From Takakia lepidozioides (Eukaryota > Plantae > Bryophyta): 64,000 bases of DNA. Under the pieces are notes generated by a model, which searched no databases, was not told the origin of the DNA, and worked only from the letters and a program-made list of their open reading frames with translations. The DNA lies in NCBI GenBank assembly GCA_030704615.1, contig CM060734.1, positions 42,656,001 to 42,720,000 of the forward strand, written 5' to 3'. Position numbers and translations under genes: made by a program. Shown piece by piece: positions 24,371 through 36,606 of this stretch (positions within the stretch are counted from its first letter, which is position 1; each line of letters begins with the position of its first letter).

Positions 24371-27300
24371 TCAAATCATGGTCATCCACATACACATTAC
24401 ATAGTTCATGCTACCATGTGTTGTATCCCGCTGCAAAAGAGTATCGACCTCGTTGAAACTCATAGTGGCCTGGTGAATGAAGTTGTCACGTTTGGGATCG
24501 CAAACCATCCTCCTCAAAAATATGAAATACAAATGTTTGCAGGGTATGAATTTACCTCTCTTGCCCAAACTGGTTGATAGCATATTCACAAAATCAGGAC
24601 ATGTGCAATTGGGGAAATTGGAAACCGTGATGTCGTAGGTCCTGTCATGAACAACAGATGTGGAAGTGATGATTGTGAATACCCGACCATATCCTGGATC
24701 GGGTACTTCCGTGGTGCTTCCGACACGAGCTTGGAGCATTCTTGCGGACTCCACTTTGCCAAAGTGTTCAGCGGTTGGAGGGAAACGCCGAACGAGCTTT
24801 CCATCTCGTTTGGTTGGCCACAAGTCAGGATTTGCCGGGGGACCCGGGAGGACGCAGAAGTAGTAGCACATGCATGGAGTTGGGGTTGTCTCGCAAGGGA
24901 AAAACCTGCCTCCTCCAGCATTTCAATCTCCTGAAAGCTGAGATGTGTTCCCACCTTCACGGGCCAAACGGTTGGAGGAGATGGCTTCATCACTACGGAA
25001 GGACGCACAGTTCCATGCACACATCTGGCACAATCATCTGCGCAGAACCAGAACTTGTGGTTCTTGGCTTCTGGTTGACCGTATGGACGCATCAAGCCCG
25101 TGAAAGTCAGGCAGGAGTTCGGGCACCACCTCTGGATATAGATGAAGTGCACTTCTCGAAATTAGTTGCCCTGATCGCTGTACATTTCACACGAGACCCG
25201 ACACTTGTGCGTTCTATGTGCCAAACGTGGTCGGGGCATGCGGACTCAAGCACATCAAGGGGGTTGTTTCTCTCCTGCACCATTTCAGTGGCACGGTTTG
25301 ATGCTGGAGCTTGCCGTCGTGTTGGAGGTTCCTCCACAATGGAGGTTCCGGACATGGAGCTGTCATGCAGGGGAACACGAGGCTTCGAGAAGTTATCACG
25401 GTCTGCCCTGTGGGAATCTGAATCCGAACCAGGTGGAGTGTTCAATTTCCTCTTACAGGAGCCGAATCTCTCCTCCCCTTCAAGATGTGGAACTCTAGAA
25501 ACAAGTGGCGTTCCCTGGGCATACATGCTCACCGCCCGTGCTATCTTGATTGGATCCCTAGATCTGTTTGCAGCACGCAACATCAACTCCCATTTGTCCG
25601 GACCCTTGCCACCAACCCCACCTCGTAAGAAATCACGGTATCGGGTTTGTTGTTGCAAGGCACGTATCAAATCATCTGTTGTTGCCACATACAAATCCCG
25701 ACCTCGTTTCCCAGACTGCTGCAACCATGCATTGTGCATAGTTTCTGCCAAATTGCAAGATGGCATGTCCGCCATTTCCTCAATGGACATGTTCTGCAAA
25801 GAGGATAACCACACTTCAGAATAGTGCACAGGAAACAACATAAAGAAAGCAATGAGTCAAAAATATGGAAAGCAAATGTATGAATAAAGCATGAAATAGA
25901 AGCCTCGTACCATTGTCATGGCTGCTCCCCACTGTCTATACCGGAAGTGCCAAAACGCCAGCCAATCTTCCAATGCTCTCATACTCTCAAGTGATGCAGC
26001 TCCAGAAGAGAACCACCGGCACGAATTGTCTGGAACAAAGTGTCCGCCTCCTTCATTGTTCTAGCATCTTTGTACTCTTTGCACAATTTACGGTGCTGAG
26101 TCTGCATCTCTGGTTTGATGTCCGACTTTGTATGTTTTTCCAGAGATTGTGTCCAATGGAATAGACATGTACGCTCTCTTCCTGGCATAGGCACTTTTGG
26201 GTCGCCCGATCCGAAGACAATACGAACAGCATTGAAATTTGCTTGAGCACTATCCGCCATGAAACCTGCGAAATTTGGAGATGGCAGCCCATGACACGTA
26301 TCAGGGAATTCCACATGAGCTTCTGGGATTCCGTATCCTCGGATTGCATGTCACAAACTGCAATTGTCATAACTCGTTGGTACACTGGATCGTAGACATG
26401 ACAAGCCATTGTCGTCCAATCCTTCACTCGTTTCACATGATCAAACATAAGAAAACAGTTCTGCAAGTCCCCAGTCTTCTGCATCCGCTTCACGAGGCTA
26501 ACCCCACTGCCCTCCCCAACAGTCGACATTTTGAAAAGAAAAACTTTGATGGCACCTTGACCTGGGAATACATTGTCCTGGATGTAATCGTACTTGCTCA
26601 CTCGTTTCAATTCCAAAATATTGTCTATGTAGCCTCTGATCCCAGAGCCCATTCTCAATGCATTGATCTGATGCCGAATGTTAGGTGAACTTAAAGTGGA
26701 GAAATGATCCATGACCATGTCCAATGCTGCACCGTCAAGTTTAGTCCCCACAGAATCTCCTTCACTCAAAATATGGCTTTCCAAGAAGGACTTGCTTGCG
26801 CCAAGAGCAATTGCAGATGTTGTTGCGGATGGGTTTCTCCCGAACTCCTGTTTGATCAACCTCGATACTGTCTCAACACTCTCCCTGTAATCCCCCTTCA
26901 AGACAGGATGGTTATGGAATCCAAAATGCACACAAGCTCTCGTCATTGTATTCAAACGGTGGACAACATAGTACATTCTTGCTCCGCAGAGCGCCAAGCA
27001 GGATGGCACAAGTTTGCAGAATTTGCAGATGAAAGTGTTTGCCGGTGGAGGGGCAGTCCCAGGCTGAAATGGATTTTCCGCCAGACCCTCCCATTCGCTT
27101 TGATTATGAACCCCAGACTGAAGAAAGTGTCTGCAATTCAAATTATCACACCTAAGGTGTCCATTGCAAACTGTCCTCCTGAAAACAAGCTTGTCATCAT
27201 TCTGAATATTGGATGTTTTTGTTCTGCACCACGGGTGCCCGTCGTGTTTCTTGTCCATTCCATGCATCATGATTGTTACACCTCCAACTCGCGGAGGAGG

Positions 27301-27912
27301 AGGCAGCTCGAATAGGATATCGCCATCAAAAGTCTCCGGCAAGAACTTCACAGGCACCTGCTTCAAAGATTCCCAATCAATTCCCCGCAACTCACTTTTG
27401 AATCCAGCCATTCCTCCCATCGCCCGCAATTTTGGAATGACACTACAAATCTCTTCTTCATCAGCTTCTGCAACCACAGTAGGAAGGACTGGATTTGGAA
27501 TTTCACTTATGTCATCATCGGAAGAATCCGAAAGCTCAACGATTGGAGTGGAGGAAGTCTGTTCTTTTTTCACCACCACCTCCATCTTGTCTTCAACGAC
27601 CGAAGCAGCAGTCCCGGGCGTCACATATGACCCAAGGGACTTTCGCCGAGGCTCTCCAAGTACTCTGTATCGACCAGGACGCACTCTCCACTGGCTGATA
27701 TGAGCCGTCTCATCACGGTTTTGGAAAGAATATTTCACCAACTTCCCTTTCAGATCGTAAACCTCTTTCTCCAAAAAGATGGAGCCATTCTGCAGCTGAA
27801 AACGGGTAGCCAAGACATGTTCCAGAACAATTGCAAATCCATTGTCAAGGACTTCCTGGGAGAACGGCACTGGTTTGTCGTCTGAGAAGAACTCCGCTTC
27901 AGAGGAAGCCAT
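24371..27912 (-). pseudogene. MULE transposase with GCM/WRKY-like N-terminal Zn domain and SWIM finger (frameshifted)
   Basis: WCRTKTSN...CNGHLRC...C..C...HFGFHNHP; LMFDHVKR (D1); GFMADSAQAN (D2); CLFHW (CxxH); CNLAETMH (E); CTCPDF...PCKHLYF (SWIM). Confidence 0.88.
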
Positions 27913-29130
27913 CTTCCTTCCTCGAGTATGTTTGTACCTTGCTATCGCAGATCTAGTGTAAATCGGTTTATTGCTGTCTCCAGAAAACAGTTGAAGAATG
28001 AGCAGAGAATATGGCGGAGGAAGCTCAGATAACGACTGTGCATATTCTGTTATTCATTCCAGATATGCAGCCGTCCATTTTAATTACTTTTCTTGTGGGC
28101 CCAGTGGTCAGAGTATCCCTAGGGGCAGTGTCGGCAACTGTTAAACCGTTAATCAGAACCTCATCAATAAACCCAATAACAAAGCCGACTTCCTGGAAGC
28201 ATGCCACAGGATCTGAGAATGGGATTGCAGATTAAGTAAATGTATCTATATACTACTACCAATGATCATGCGCACCTGGAAAGTTCCAAATGTGAAACGA
28301 ATGTGGGGTTTGGCTAACAAGGATGACCGTGTATGATATTCCAAAATTTGTCATCAAACTCTCGTTCATTTATATTTATTTGTTTAAGACTGCGCATCAA
28401 TTTCTGGGATTCGCTGTTCTTTTTAAATATTGAACCCGTTATAATAAAGAACACGCCGTTTTTCTTGGGCGGCACACGTCAGACATCCATAACTGAATAC
28501 GAACAGCTGTACACCAATTGCTGGCATGTGCACTAATAAGGAAACGACTATGTGTAATGGTCACGCGGGAGGGAATCCGATGCTTCTAGAGACACGCAAG
28601 AACGCAGGCAATCCCGCAAGAAATCGGGAGTCACTGCGTTTTTCTACTTTTCGCGCTTAGAGGGAGAGTGGTAGTCAAGCTGGAGAGGGTTCCTTCCAGA
28701 ATACGAAAGAGAAGAAAGTCTCTTTATTTTACTTCCCTTAGAGAGAGACGCAGAGCAAGAGAGAAAATGACGAGGCGTCGTTTGTTGGAGAACACAGGGC
28801 CAAGGCAGCAGGTGAACGTGGAGACTGATTCACAAGAGCAGACGGAGACTGAGGCAGCGGCTGCGACACAGTCGGCGATAAGAGTGCGCCAGCCTGTGGA
28901 GGCAGAGATGATTCGCAGGGACACTGAAGAAGGTGGAAGCACGCAGAACGCCGAACCTGGAGAAGGTCAAGAAACCCTTGCGCAGATAGAAACTCCAGCA
29001 GATGTGAGAGGGAAGAGGAAAGCTGCAGAAGGGGATCAAAAGGTGCCAGTAAGTTTTATCATATAGTCTGTCTGATTGCCTTTCAAGGAGTCCTTCCTCT
29101 TCCATTCTTTAGCACGAACTACTGAATCGC

Positions 29131-29447
29131 GAGCGTCGTTAACGCCATTCGATTCTCCTCATGAGATTTATGTACCTATGTGTTTGAAGAGAGAGTCTGC
29201 ACTTACTATTCTCCCTAAACTACACTGAATGTCGTTGCCGCCAATTAGTTGCACATGTATGTCATTACACAACACCGATCCGGCAGGTCGTTATCTTTTG
29301 TGATTGTCGTTAACGCCGTTCGCTATCGCTCTCGCTTTTGTTTTGAATACGGCAGTCTCGGCTTTGCATGTGTAGATTGTGCTGAATTCTTTCACACCAT
29401 TCATGGTGAGTTTCCTTGATACAGAGTGATGGTCGTTACCGCCATTC
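29131..29447. repeat. Four degenerate 20-bp palindromes (GAATGTCGTTNACGNCATTC type) in intron 1 of the cargo gene
   Basis: Copies start at 29131, 29227, 29302 and 29428. Confidence 0.75.
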
Positions 29448-30875
29448 ACTATTTGCAAATCACTCAGTCAGAACTGAATGGCATCGTGCAGAAAACTGTG
29501 AGGTCGAAGCCTACAGGATCAGAGGGGAAAGGATCTGGAGATGGGGACGAGTCCGCAAAAAGCTCAGAGAATACAGATGAAGCAGATGAATCCGAAGTGC
29601 ACTACCTTGACAAGGTGAAAGAACTCATGTCATTCCAGAAGGTAAACTCTCAGGAGATTATAAGGGACATGCTCGTATCTGGAGGGCGTCTGGACATACC
29701 CCTGTGCCGGATGATATCAATGCCTGTTGTGCGTCCACCTCTTTCCCATGACATAACAAAATTGGAGAGTGATTTTGTGCATGGATATAGACTTGGTGCA
29801 CAAGTTTTTTATGTGTCACTGACGGATATAAATGGGAAAAGCACATTAGTGTCTCCAGAGATCAGTGATAACTGGGATGAGTGCTGGAAAGATGCCAATG
29901 AGGAGTTCGAGCTGGGCCTCATGATGGGAAAGAACACCCAGCAATTCTGCAACCACATGTTCTACGTCTGGGACGGCAACCACCGATTGCTGGCATGGAT
30001 GGGATACATTCAGAAACACCATTCGAAAGACAAAGACAAGCATGTTGTTGTGGAGGCAATGGTTTTGGATCCAGGAAATGACATCGCTAGGCTTCTTACA
30101 GCTATGCACGACGTGAACAAGTAAGTCATCCAGGAGATTTCATCCCTCTGTAGTGTCTTGTTAATCCTCAAAAAACAGTGTTAAGGAATGCAATGTTTCC
30201 AATGTTTTTGCAGATCGACAGAGAAATCGCATGTGACAACAAGCTTGGTACACACACTATTCCGAATTCAGAAGATTGGTCTGATGAAGCTGGATGATTT
30301 TCGGACAGTACTACCACCCAATATCATCAAGAAGTGCGAAACAGGAAGAGCTGCAGCACTTGGTATTCTTTGACACGAGAGGCGTTTCTGGAGTACATGT
30401 ATGCGGTAAGCCCGAGTCTGTAATCTGTTTACTTTTCGAATACATGTTTGTAGTCCCTTCGGAGCTAATCACTACTTGAATGAATGCATCAAGAACTGGC
30501 AGAGGCAGCTGAGAAGGGAAAATCCGAATATTACCGCACTACACCAGAAGAACTAAGGACATCAAAGGGTGTGGAAGCTGCAATAAAGAAGGAGTTTGAA
30601 ATGCGAAGAACCAAATTGATGTCAGCCTTCGGAAAGCAGCTTAGAATAGTAGATCCTGGACTTGGTCCTGAGTTCCTTCAGCAGATCAAAACACACTATG
30701 ACAAGCATGTGCATCCGGAGATGCAGCAGGAGAAATTGCACCGGCTGGCCATATCGATGGTCGACCCACAAACAAAAATAAGGTGGCTGGAGATATGGAA
30801 CTCAGATCAAACAGTAAAGGACTTGAATCAGTTCCCAAAGAGCACCATACAGCCTGGCACAAAGGTGGAAGGAAT

Positions 30876-31950
30876 TGTCGCGCGGCTTTTACTCACCCAT
30901 CCCTTCGCTATTCAAGGCGGAAACTCCAAGATAGAAGAGTTGGAAATCTCTAAGTACTCAGCCCGCGCAGAACAATCAGTCATGACCTACAGCTAGTGTA
31001 TCATGGGGGTGTTTCCTATTTGTTTCCCTTTTGGTATTCATGTTAGCTATCTTACCCTTGATAATTAAGTATCAGTTTGCTTTATCAATCTATTGGATTC
31101 CATCAACTCATCCATTCATTTCACAGCTTCACTCATATCTCTCTACACAGTGTGATTGTATCGTAAAAGTATCCGATTATGATTTATCAGGTATCAGGCC
31201 GAAGCCATTGTGTCTCTAATCTACTCTACAATATCATTACAGCCTTGCATATATCAAGCATCTACTCATCATCTCTCTATCTTCACTTCCGTTCTTCATC
31301 TTTGCCCGATCCCCTCTCCTCCATCACCCAGAAGTCCTCCTCCGAATGATATCCCTCGATTCCCCGTTTTCCCCTTTATCTTCCTATCCGTGGTTCTAAC
31401 CGTTTCCCTCACTAACCGTCGTCTGTGAACTAACATGTTCCCTTCGCAGGTGTTGTTCCCCACAGTCGTTCCCTGTCCTACTCTTCGTTCCCTATGATCG
31501 TGACAGCTGTGTCAAGCTGTGACTGGCTGTGTGAAACTGTGACGGGCTGTGACTGGCTGTGCGACTGTGTTTGGCTGTGTCGGGCTGTGACTGGCTGTGT
31601 GGCTGTGCCGGGCTGTGTGGCTGTGACGGCTGTGTCGGCTGTGACGACTGTGTCTGCTGTGTCGGCTGTGTCTGCTGTGACGACTATGACGGGCTGTGTT
31701 GGCTGTGTCGGCTGTGTCTGCTGTGACGACTGTGATGGGCTGTGTTGGCTGTGTCGACTGTGTCTGCTGTGACGACTGTGACGGGCTGTGTTGGCTGTGT
31801 CGGCTGTGACGACTGTGACAGGCTGTGTAACCCCCCTCTACAGTGCGCTGCTGTCACCCCTAAGGCTCCTGTTGGTCTCAGTCTGTGCAAAAATTAAGGG
31901 TACCCTACAGATCCCGTATAAGTGTCTAAGTCCCCGACAGTCCTCTAATA
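30876..31950 (-). repeat. 3' LTR (1075 bp) with internal GGCTGTGAC-type minisatellite
   Basis: Near-identical to 41736-42774. Repeat tract at about 31500-31830. Confidence 0.95.
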
Positions 31951-32316
31951 TTACCCCTTCCCCCCAAAAAGCCGTGTCCTCACGGTTTACTGATTTCGAC
32001 TAGCAAACCTTTGTGAGTGAGCACCTTTTTGACGTTGAGAGTTTCGTGGCGGACTGTGTGTACGAGCCCGAGGTCTGTCTCTGGTTGACGGAGATGGTTG
32101 ATCAGTACCTGGATAAGTGAGGCCCTCTGGAGGCTGATATCGAGGTAACCTTTCCGGCATAGGAGACCCCCGTCGCTTCTTCTCTGCCATCTGAACTGCA
32201 TAGTCTTCTCCCATGTCAAAAGAATTCGGTGAAGAAACAGTTGTATCAGAATCCTCATCGCCTCTCAGGTGTTTTAATTTTCGAACTTTTTGTGGAATCA
32301 TCTGGGGCATACAATG

Positions 32317-35300
32317 CTATCCTACCATGTCTGGAAGTTTGTATTTTACAACTTGGTGTAACCGCTGAACAGCAAAATTGGTGTAGACACTGAGCTCCTT
32401 GTCTGTCCAGGTGAGTGGGGTACCAATTACTGGTGCCGCGTGCAAGTATTTCCATGCCACATGTCCCTTATAGAAAATGTCATCAATGCCGAATTTCTGT
32501 GTTGACAAATGGTTCCAGGCCGCTTGAAACCATGAATGAATTTGAGAATCATTTTGCATCATAACTTTTGGGTCATATAGGTACATATGAGGTGGCACCG
32601 AAGGTAATACCCAATGATCTCCACTGGAATAACTCAGAAAGCGTGTTTGCATCTTTTGTTGCTCAATGTGGTAACGTACCAGAAAACAAGCAGCGTAGTA
32701 TAACCCGCATCCCATGACAATACTTGCTACCTCCTTGGTCTTGGTATAAATGAGTCCATGTACAACCTGGAAAGCAATCAATTCCCTCAACATGGTACCT
32801 GCCTCGTGCCAGTATTGTGCAAAGTGATGATCTTCAATATGTCGATTGTTCGGAAGAACTTTAGTCCTAGTTGCCACTGGCAGCCAAATACGCATGATTT
32901 GGTAGTAATGTGCGAATGACTGCGGAGGACTAAATTCTTTCCAAGCCAAATCCAACATGATGGGAATTTGGTTGAAGGGCATAATCATAGCCCTACTGTA
33001 CTCCCTTGCAGCTAGAGTTTTAGGTGGGTTAAAAGCGGCATTGCCCCATACCTCCGGCTGTGGTGGCTGTGGTGTGTTTGTAGTAACCACAGGTTCAGCT
33101 ACTGGTACAGTGACTTGTTGTGGTGGTGGTGGTACTGGCTCTTGTATCATTGGCATCTCCTGCACCTCCTGTGAAGACTGAAAAGCCAAAGTTCTGGCTT
33201 GTAAATAAGAAGCCATTAGCTGTTCCTGAGGGATATAGACTCTTTTGTCGATGTTTGAAGTGAGGTCTTCCACTTGAGTCTGCAGTCCGTCTACATCCTC
33301 TTGTAACTCTGCTATCCTACTATAGACATTGTCTATAGTAGTTGTGGCAATGTTCTGCACCTGCAGCCTGAGCTCATTCATCTCGCTTTGGGTGAGCTTT
33401 CGTGGTGCTTTGCCCTCTACTGGGCCTTGTGCTAACCAGACCTGCATAAGGCTGTTATCCACCAAGTTGCTTGTGGTTCCCCTGAGAGTTTGCTCCTCTC
33501 TTAGCTTGTACAATTCCAACTGCTGTTGTAAAGCCTCCATGCGCTTCGCCTGAGGTTCAACCAATTGCGCATAAGCAGCAAGTAGATTATTGGCTTCCTT
33601 CCAAGCCTTGTTATTGACCGCGATTTCATTTCTATTGGCCATGATGGTTTGTTGCAACTCCACGATGTGCTTCTCTTGATCAGCTTCAATCTGCCTGTAT
33701 TGCTTGAAAGTATCTTCATTGCGACAGATTGTATTCTTCATATCGACAATGAGCTTCATTTGCTCAACATTCTCTTCTTCTGCCTTCGTACATTTTTCCG
33801 CTTGACTGTTTATTTCTTTTGTAGATTGGTCAAGCATAGTTGTGAATGTAGCACATTGTATCGCCATCCTGTCATGCACTGTCTGCAACTCCGTATATAG
33901 TGCATGCACTTCTTGCAACTTGCTTTCATGCTGCACCTGCATTTGGTATAGCTGTTGCTTATGTGCTTCGTGCAACTGGTCTTGCGCAAGGCCTGCCTCA
34001 ATCAATTGTTCCTTGGCCAATTGCAAAGCCATTTCTGTATTTCCCAAGTCCTGCTGCATCTTGAGAGTGACCTCTTCATCGACCTTGTTTGCACACTCAG
34101 TGGCTAGTCGAGCCTCAAACTCCTTCCTGAGTTCCTCTCTCAAGGCTGTCAATTGGGTAATTGGAACATGGGATTTGACATAAGTCCCCAACAAATTAAG
34201 TGTTCTGCCTATGGAACTCATCAGCATTGCCTGTTGAGGGTCATCATGGTGAGGTTGTTGCTGTTCCTCCTGATCTTCAACAGTGTGATGTCTCACGAAC
34301 CATTCAGGCCATTGTCCCACCGGATTTTCTTCCTGAACTACTTCATCTATCACCGGTGCTACAGTGTCATGACCTTCCGCCTGTGGTACCTCCGACACAA
34401 GTGTGTGTATTATATGCACCTCAGGATTTCCCTTGGGCAATTGTTGCACCTCTGGGATCTTTGTCTCCTTGACCAGACCAGAATATTCATAGAGAAGGTC
34501 CCCCTTCTCCATTTCTGCCACTATCTGTGCTGTAGTTGGAATATCTAACCCTTCTCTTTCCAAATCAATTATTTCTAGTTGAGCTGCATGGATAACTTGT
34601 GACCTTGTGACAAGTCGATCAGTTGGCTGTGATGGTTGTGATACATAAGTAACTTCCTCCTCCCTCTCTGAAGGTCCTGCTTCCAGTAATAGCATTTCTC
34701 TGTGCTGCTGTGCCCCTTCCTGGCCATGAGCTTGGGAAACATTATCATGCGGAATCCGTGAAGCCAGTGGATCCGCCACTACAGTCTTTCCTCGTCTCTG
34801 CCTCTTAGTCTCGGGTTGCCCTGCTAGTCCATCCTCACTGTGTGAAGAGCCTTGCTCTTCCATTGCAGTTGTTTCTGGCTCAAACACTCCCATTTCCTTT
34901 CTTTCTTGCGCATCAAGTATGCCAGAATCAAGGATTATTTGAGCAATGATTGGGCCAGACACTATGATAGGAGACTTTGCGGTAGTACCTTGTAATCTTT
35001 TCATCTCCTCTACCAGTGCATTGTACATTATGTCCGCCCATTGTACCTCTTGTCCCTTCAGGCCTTTGAGTATTTCCTACGTGAAGGATCTGCTCAAATA
35101 CTGTTGGTTCTGTTTCATGGCAATCAAAACGTTCAAGACCTGGCCTACCTCTTTTAGCCCTGGGTACACAGCCTTGGTACAAGCATAACCCTGAGTTTTA
35201 AAGAAACTCCCTTCTTGGAATAAGTCCCATATTTGCAGTCTTGCCCTGTGTTCCTCCACATGCACCTGACCTGCTGGCAATCGAAACAATTGTTGGAGGT

Positions 35301-35760
35301 ATAGGGGAGTAATCATCAATTCTACTCCCTTCACCGTTGTTGTTCCTGTCCTTGGCTCAAAGTTCTGCAAAAATTGTAACATGTACTGTCTATGGTGTAA
35401 TGTCCAATCTAGGCTTTGCAATCCTTGCAATCTCAGCTCCTCCAGTAACTGTATCGCCTGTGGGGTAGCAATTGTTTGTTTCTGCAGAATTGTGGTGCTC
35501 TTCACCCTGATTTCCTCCATTCCTCTCACCCTCTTCATTTTAGACTCACAGAATTGTTTTGGCTGTAACAACTGCAGGAATGCCTGTAGTGCACAAAGCA
35601 TAAACGTATGGTTGCCGCAGAAAGCTATGGGTAATTTCTTGTAAGCCTGCGGGGCTTGCAAGCATCGCTCAAGAGAAAAGCTCCGCTCTGTCCTTTCGTG
35701 TCTATGCCACTGCGTAAGTAATATTGCGAGCGTATAGTCTGTTAGTTCCTCCATAATTTC
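32317..35760 (-). CDS. Extra 3' ORF of the gypsy (about 1150 aa if the stop at 35077 is a mutation): plant-transposon-domain-like N-terminus plus long coiled coil
   Basis: ORFs 35077-36591 (3' part) and 32317-35028 are in the same frame. FLQNF...TTVKGVELMITP..LQQLFRLP motif; Q/E/L-rich heptads. Confidence 0.7.
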
Positions 35761-36229
35761 CAAGTTATAGCATTGATGGTCTGTCCCGTCGAGATGCCCG
35801 TTACTCAGAACGACGCCGCCTCTTGCACTCAATTTCCCTCCCTTTTCTCGATCCTTTCTCTGGTTTTCTATTGGCTGTATCCGCTGTGACTGGATTTTAG
35901 ATTTTATTTTCTTTAGTGGACTTTCCCTGTTGGATAGTCCACTAGGATCACACATGTGACAAGAATTCCGCTTTTCTGTACTTGCCGTTCGTTCCGTTTC
36001 CCTTTTTCCGTATTCATTAATGGGCTCGCCTTTCATCCCTTTTGACGGCCGTTCTTGTCCTCTTTCTTTTTGACACCTGTTCTTGCACTTCTTTCTCGGC
36101 TGTGTGTCGTGCCCTGACCTCCACGTGTCTATTTTTAAAGTAATTTCCGTTTTCTCTTCCGTCAGCCATTTTCCTGAAGTTATTATGCGTCCACTTGTCA
36201 CTGATTCTATGGATCGTGTGACTTTAGTA

Positions 36230-36410
36230 GGCTGTGTTGAGCTGTGACAGGCTGTGTCATACTGTGTTACGCTGTGATAGGCTGTGATGCACTGTGGTAA
36301 GCTGTGATAGGCTGTGACACGCTGTGGTAGGTTGTGATAGGCTGTGTTGCGCCGTGCTGGGCTGTGATAGGCTGTGCTTTGCCTTGATGGGCTGTGATAG
36401 GCTGTGTCAC
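36230..36410. repeat. About 30-bp tandem repeat (GCTGTGATAGGCTGTG core) related to the LTR minisatellite
   Basis: About six units visible between integrase and the extra ORF. Confidence 0.8.
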
Positions 36411-36606
36411 GTCTGTTTTGGCCGCCCTGGTCATATATGCTGGGCCTAGCGACAAGTGCTCCATACTCCGTTCGTAACACTGGTGCAGCCCGTGACTGCT
36501 CTTGCGGTTCAATATGCAAATCATGCTGCAAGGGTTTGTCATGGATACCACTGTACCCCTTCAACTTATTGGCATTAACTCTTCCCAGCATTTCTTTGTT
36601 AATGGT

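Noticed and set aside
24742-25824. 360-aa plus-strand ORF
   Set aside because: It is the antisense shadow of the MULE transposase and has no motifs of its own.
31494-31890. Cys-rich and His/Ser-rich small proteins (also 42352-42714)
   Set aside because: They are translations of the LTR minisatellite.
35760-36591. N-terminal half of the 504-aa ORF as one real protein
   Set aside because: It runs from the frameshifted integrase tail through a tandem repeat. Protein-like sequence begins near MEELTDY at about 35750.
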